Part shown: one piece after another, positions 6,601 through 6,912 of the stretch | Layout of the letters: every line of letters begins with the position of its first letter | Numbering within the stretch: position 1 is the first letter of the stretch | Assembly: GCA_038826135.1 (NCBI GenBank) | Contig: JAWBON010000061.1 | Coordinates: 1-6,912 of the forward strand | DNA from: Candidatus Odinarchaeota archaeon | GTDB lineage: Archaea; Asgardarchaeota; Odinarchaeia; Odinarchaeales; Odinarchaeaceae | Length of the DNA stretch: 6,912 nt | Direction: 5' to 3' | Made by a program: the position numbers and the translations under genes | The notes under the pieces: model-generated | Seen by the model: the letters and a program-made list of their open reading frames with translations, nothing else | What the model was told of the DNA's origin: nothing | The model's database searches: none

Positions 6601-6617
6601 TATATAAATTTATTCGA
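6601..6617 (-). promoter_or_regulatory. Putative BRE-TATA promoter (also reads TATATAAA on +)
   Basis: Minus strand TCGAATAAA-TTTATATA is a canonical archaeal TATA with a BRE-like upstream sequence. Predicted TSS is ~6578. It could alternatively fire on + towards glmS. Confidence 0.45.
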
Positions 6618-6742
6618 TTAGCAGATTTTTAGTGTAATTCAAGCATAAAGTTAAAGTTGTTGGAATAGCTTTAAAGCAAATATTATAATTTTCATATAGT
6701 ATATATTAAATAGTAACCGATTTAATATATCATGGTGTGGCT

Positions 6743-6912
6743 ATGTGCGGAATAGTTGGAGTTATCACAGCGGAGGATGGGGTGGGGGGTGTTCTCAGCA
6801 AGTCTCTTAAAAGGCTAGAATATCGTGGATATGATTCTGTTGGCGTTGCTACAATTTACGATAACCGAATATATATTAAGAAAGATAAGGGAAAGATAGA
6901 TGAAGTGAATGA
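6743..6912 (+). CDS. glmS: Glutamine--fructose-6-phosphate transaminase (isomerizing), N-terminal fragment; runs off the window; not in ORF track
   Basis: [56 protein letters not shown]: class II glutamine amidotransferase N-terminal Cys plus the GlmS signature [13 protein letters not shown]. Confidence 0.95.
   Translation, partial: MCGIVGVITAEDGVGGVLSKSLKRLEYRGYDSVGVATIYDNRIYIKKDKGKIDEVN

Noticed and set aside
6618-6742. glmS ribozyme or other structured leader upstream of glmS
   Set aside because: The region is very AT-rich with no stable stems; the glmS ribozyme is a bacterial element.
1-6912. CRISPR arrays, IS elements, integrases, rRNA or full tRNA genes
   Set aside because: No spaced direct repeats, terminal inverted repeats, recombinase ORFs or cloverleaf structures were seen.

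Overview
AT-rich archaeal window (TACK/Asgard type; eS30 and eukaryote-like motifs in EF-1alpha and uS10 point towards Asgard, by inference). It is mainly a translation locus. Order: 3' end of an ASKHA/RACo (DUF4445-like) gene (+), a MoaD/Urm1/SAMP ubiquitin-like protein (+), Elp3 (-), ribosomal protein eS30 (-; missed by the ORF track), uS10 (-), an unknown 4-TM membrane protein (-), a RimK/LysX-family ATP-grasp ligase with a ~60-aa insertion (+), EF-1alpha (-) and the 5' end of glmS (+). Most notable points: the normally adjacent tuf-rps10 pair is split by a divergent membrane protein/ATP-grasp cassette; the EF-1alpha carries eRF3/Hbs1-like motifs; Elp3 abuts a Urm1-like sulfur carrier tail-to-tail; and a 36-nt hairpin with tRNA-like ends lies behind a TATA box upstream of tuf.
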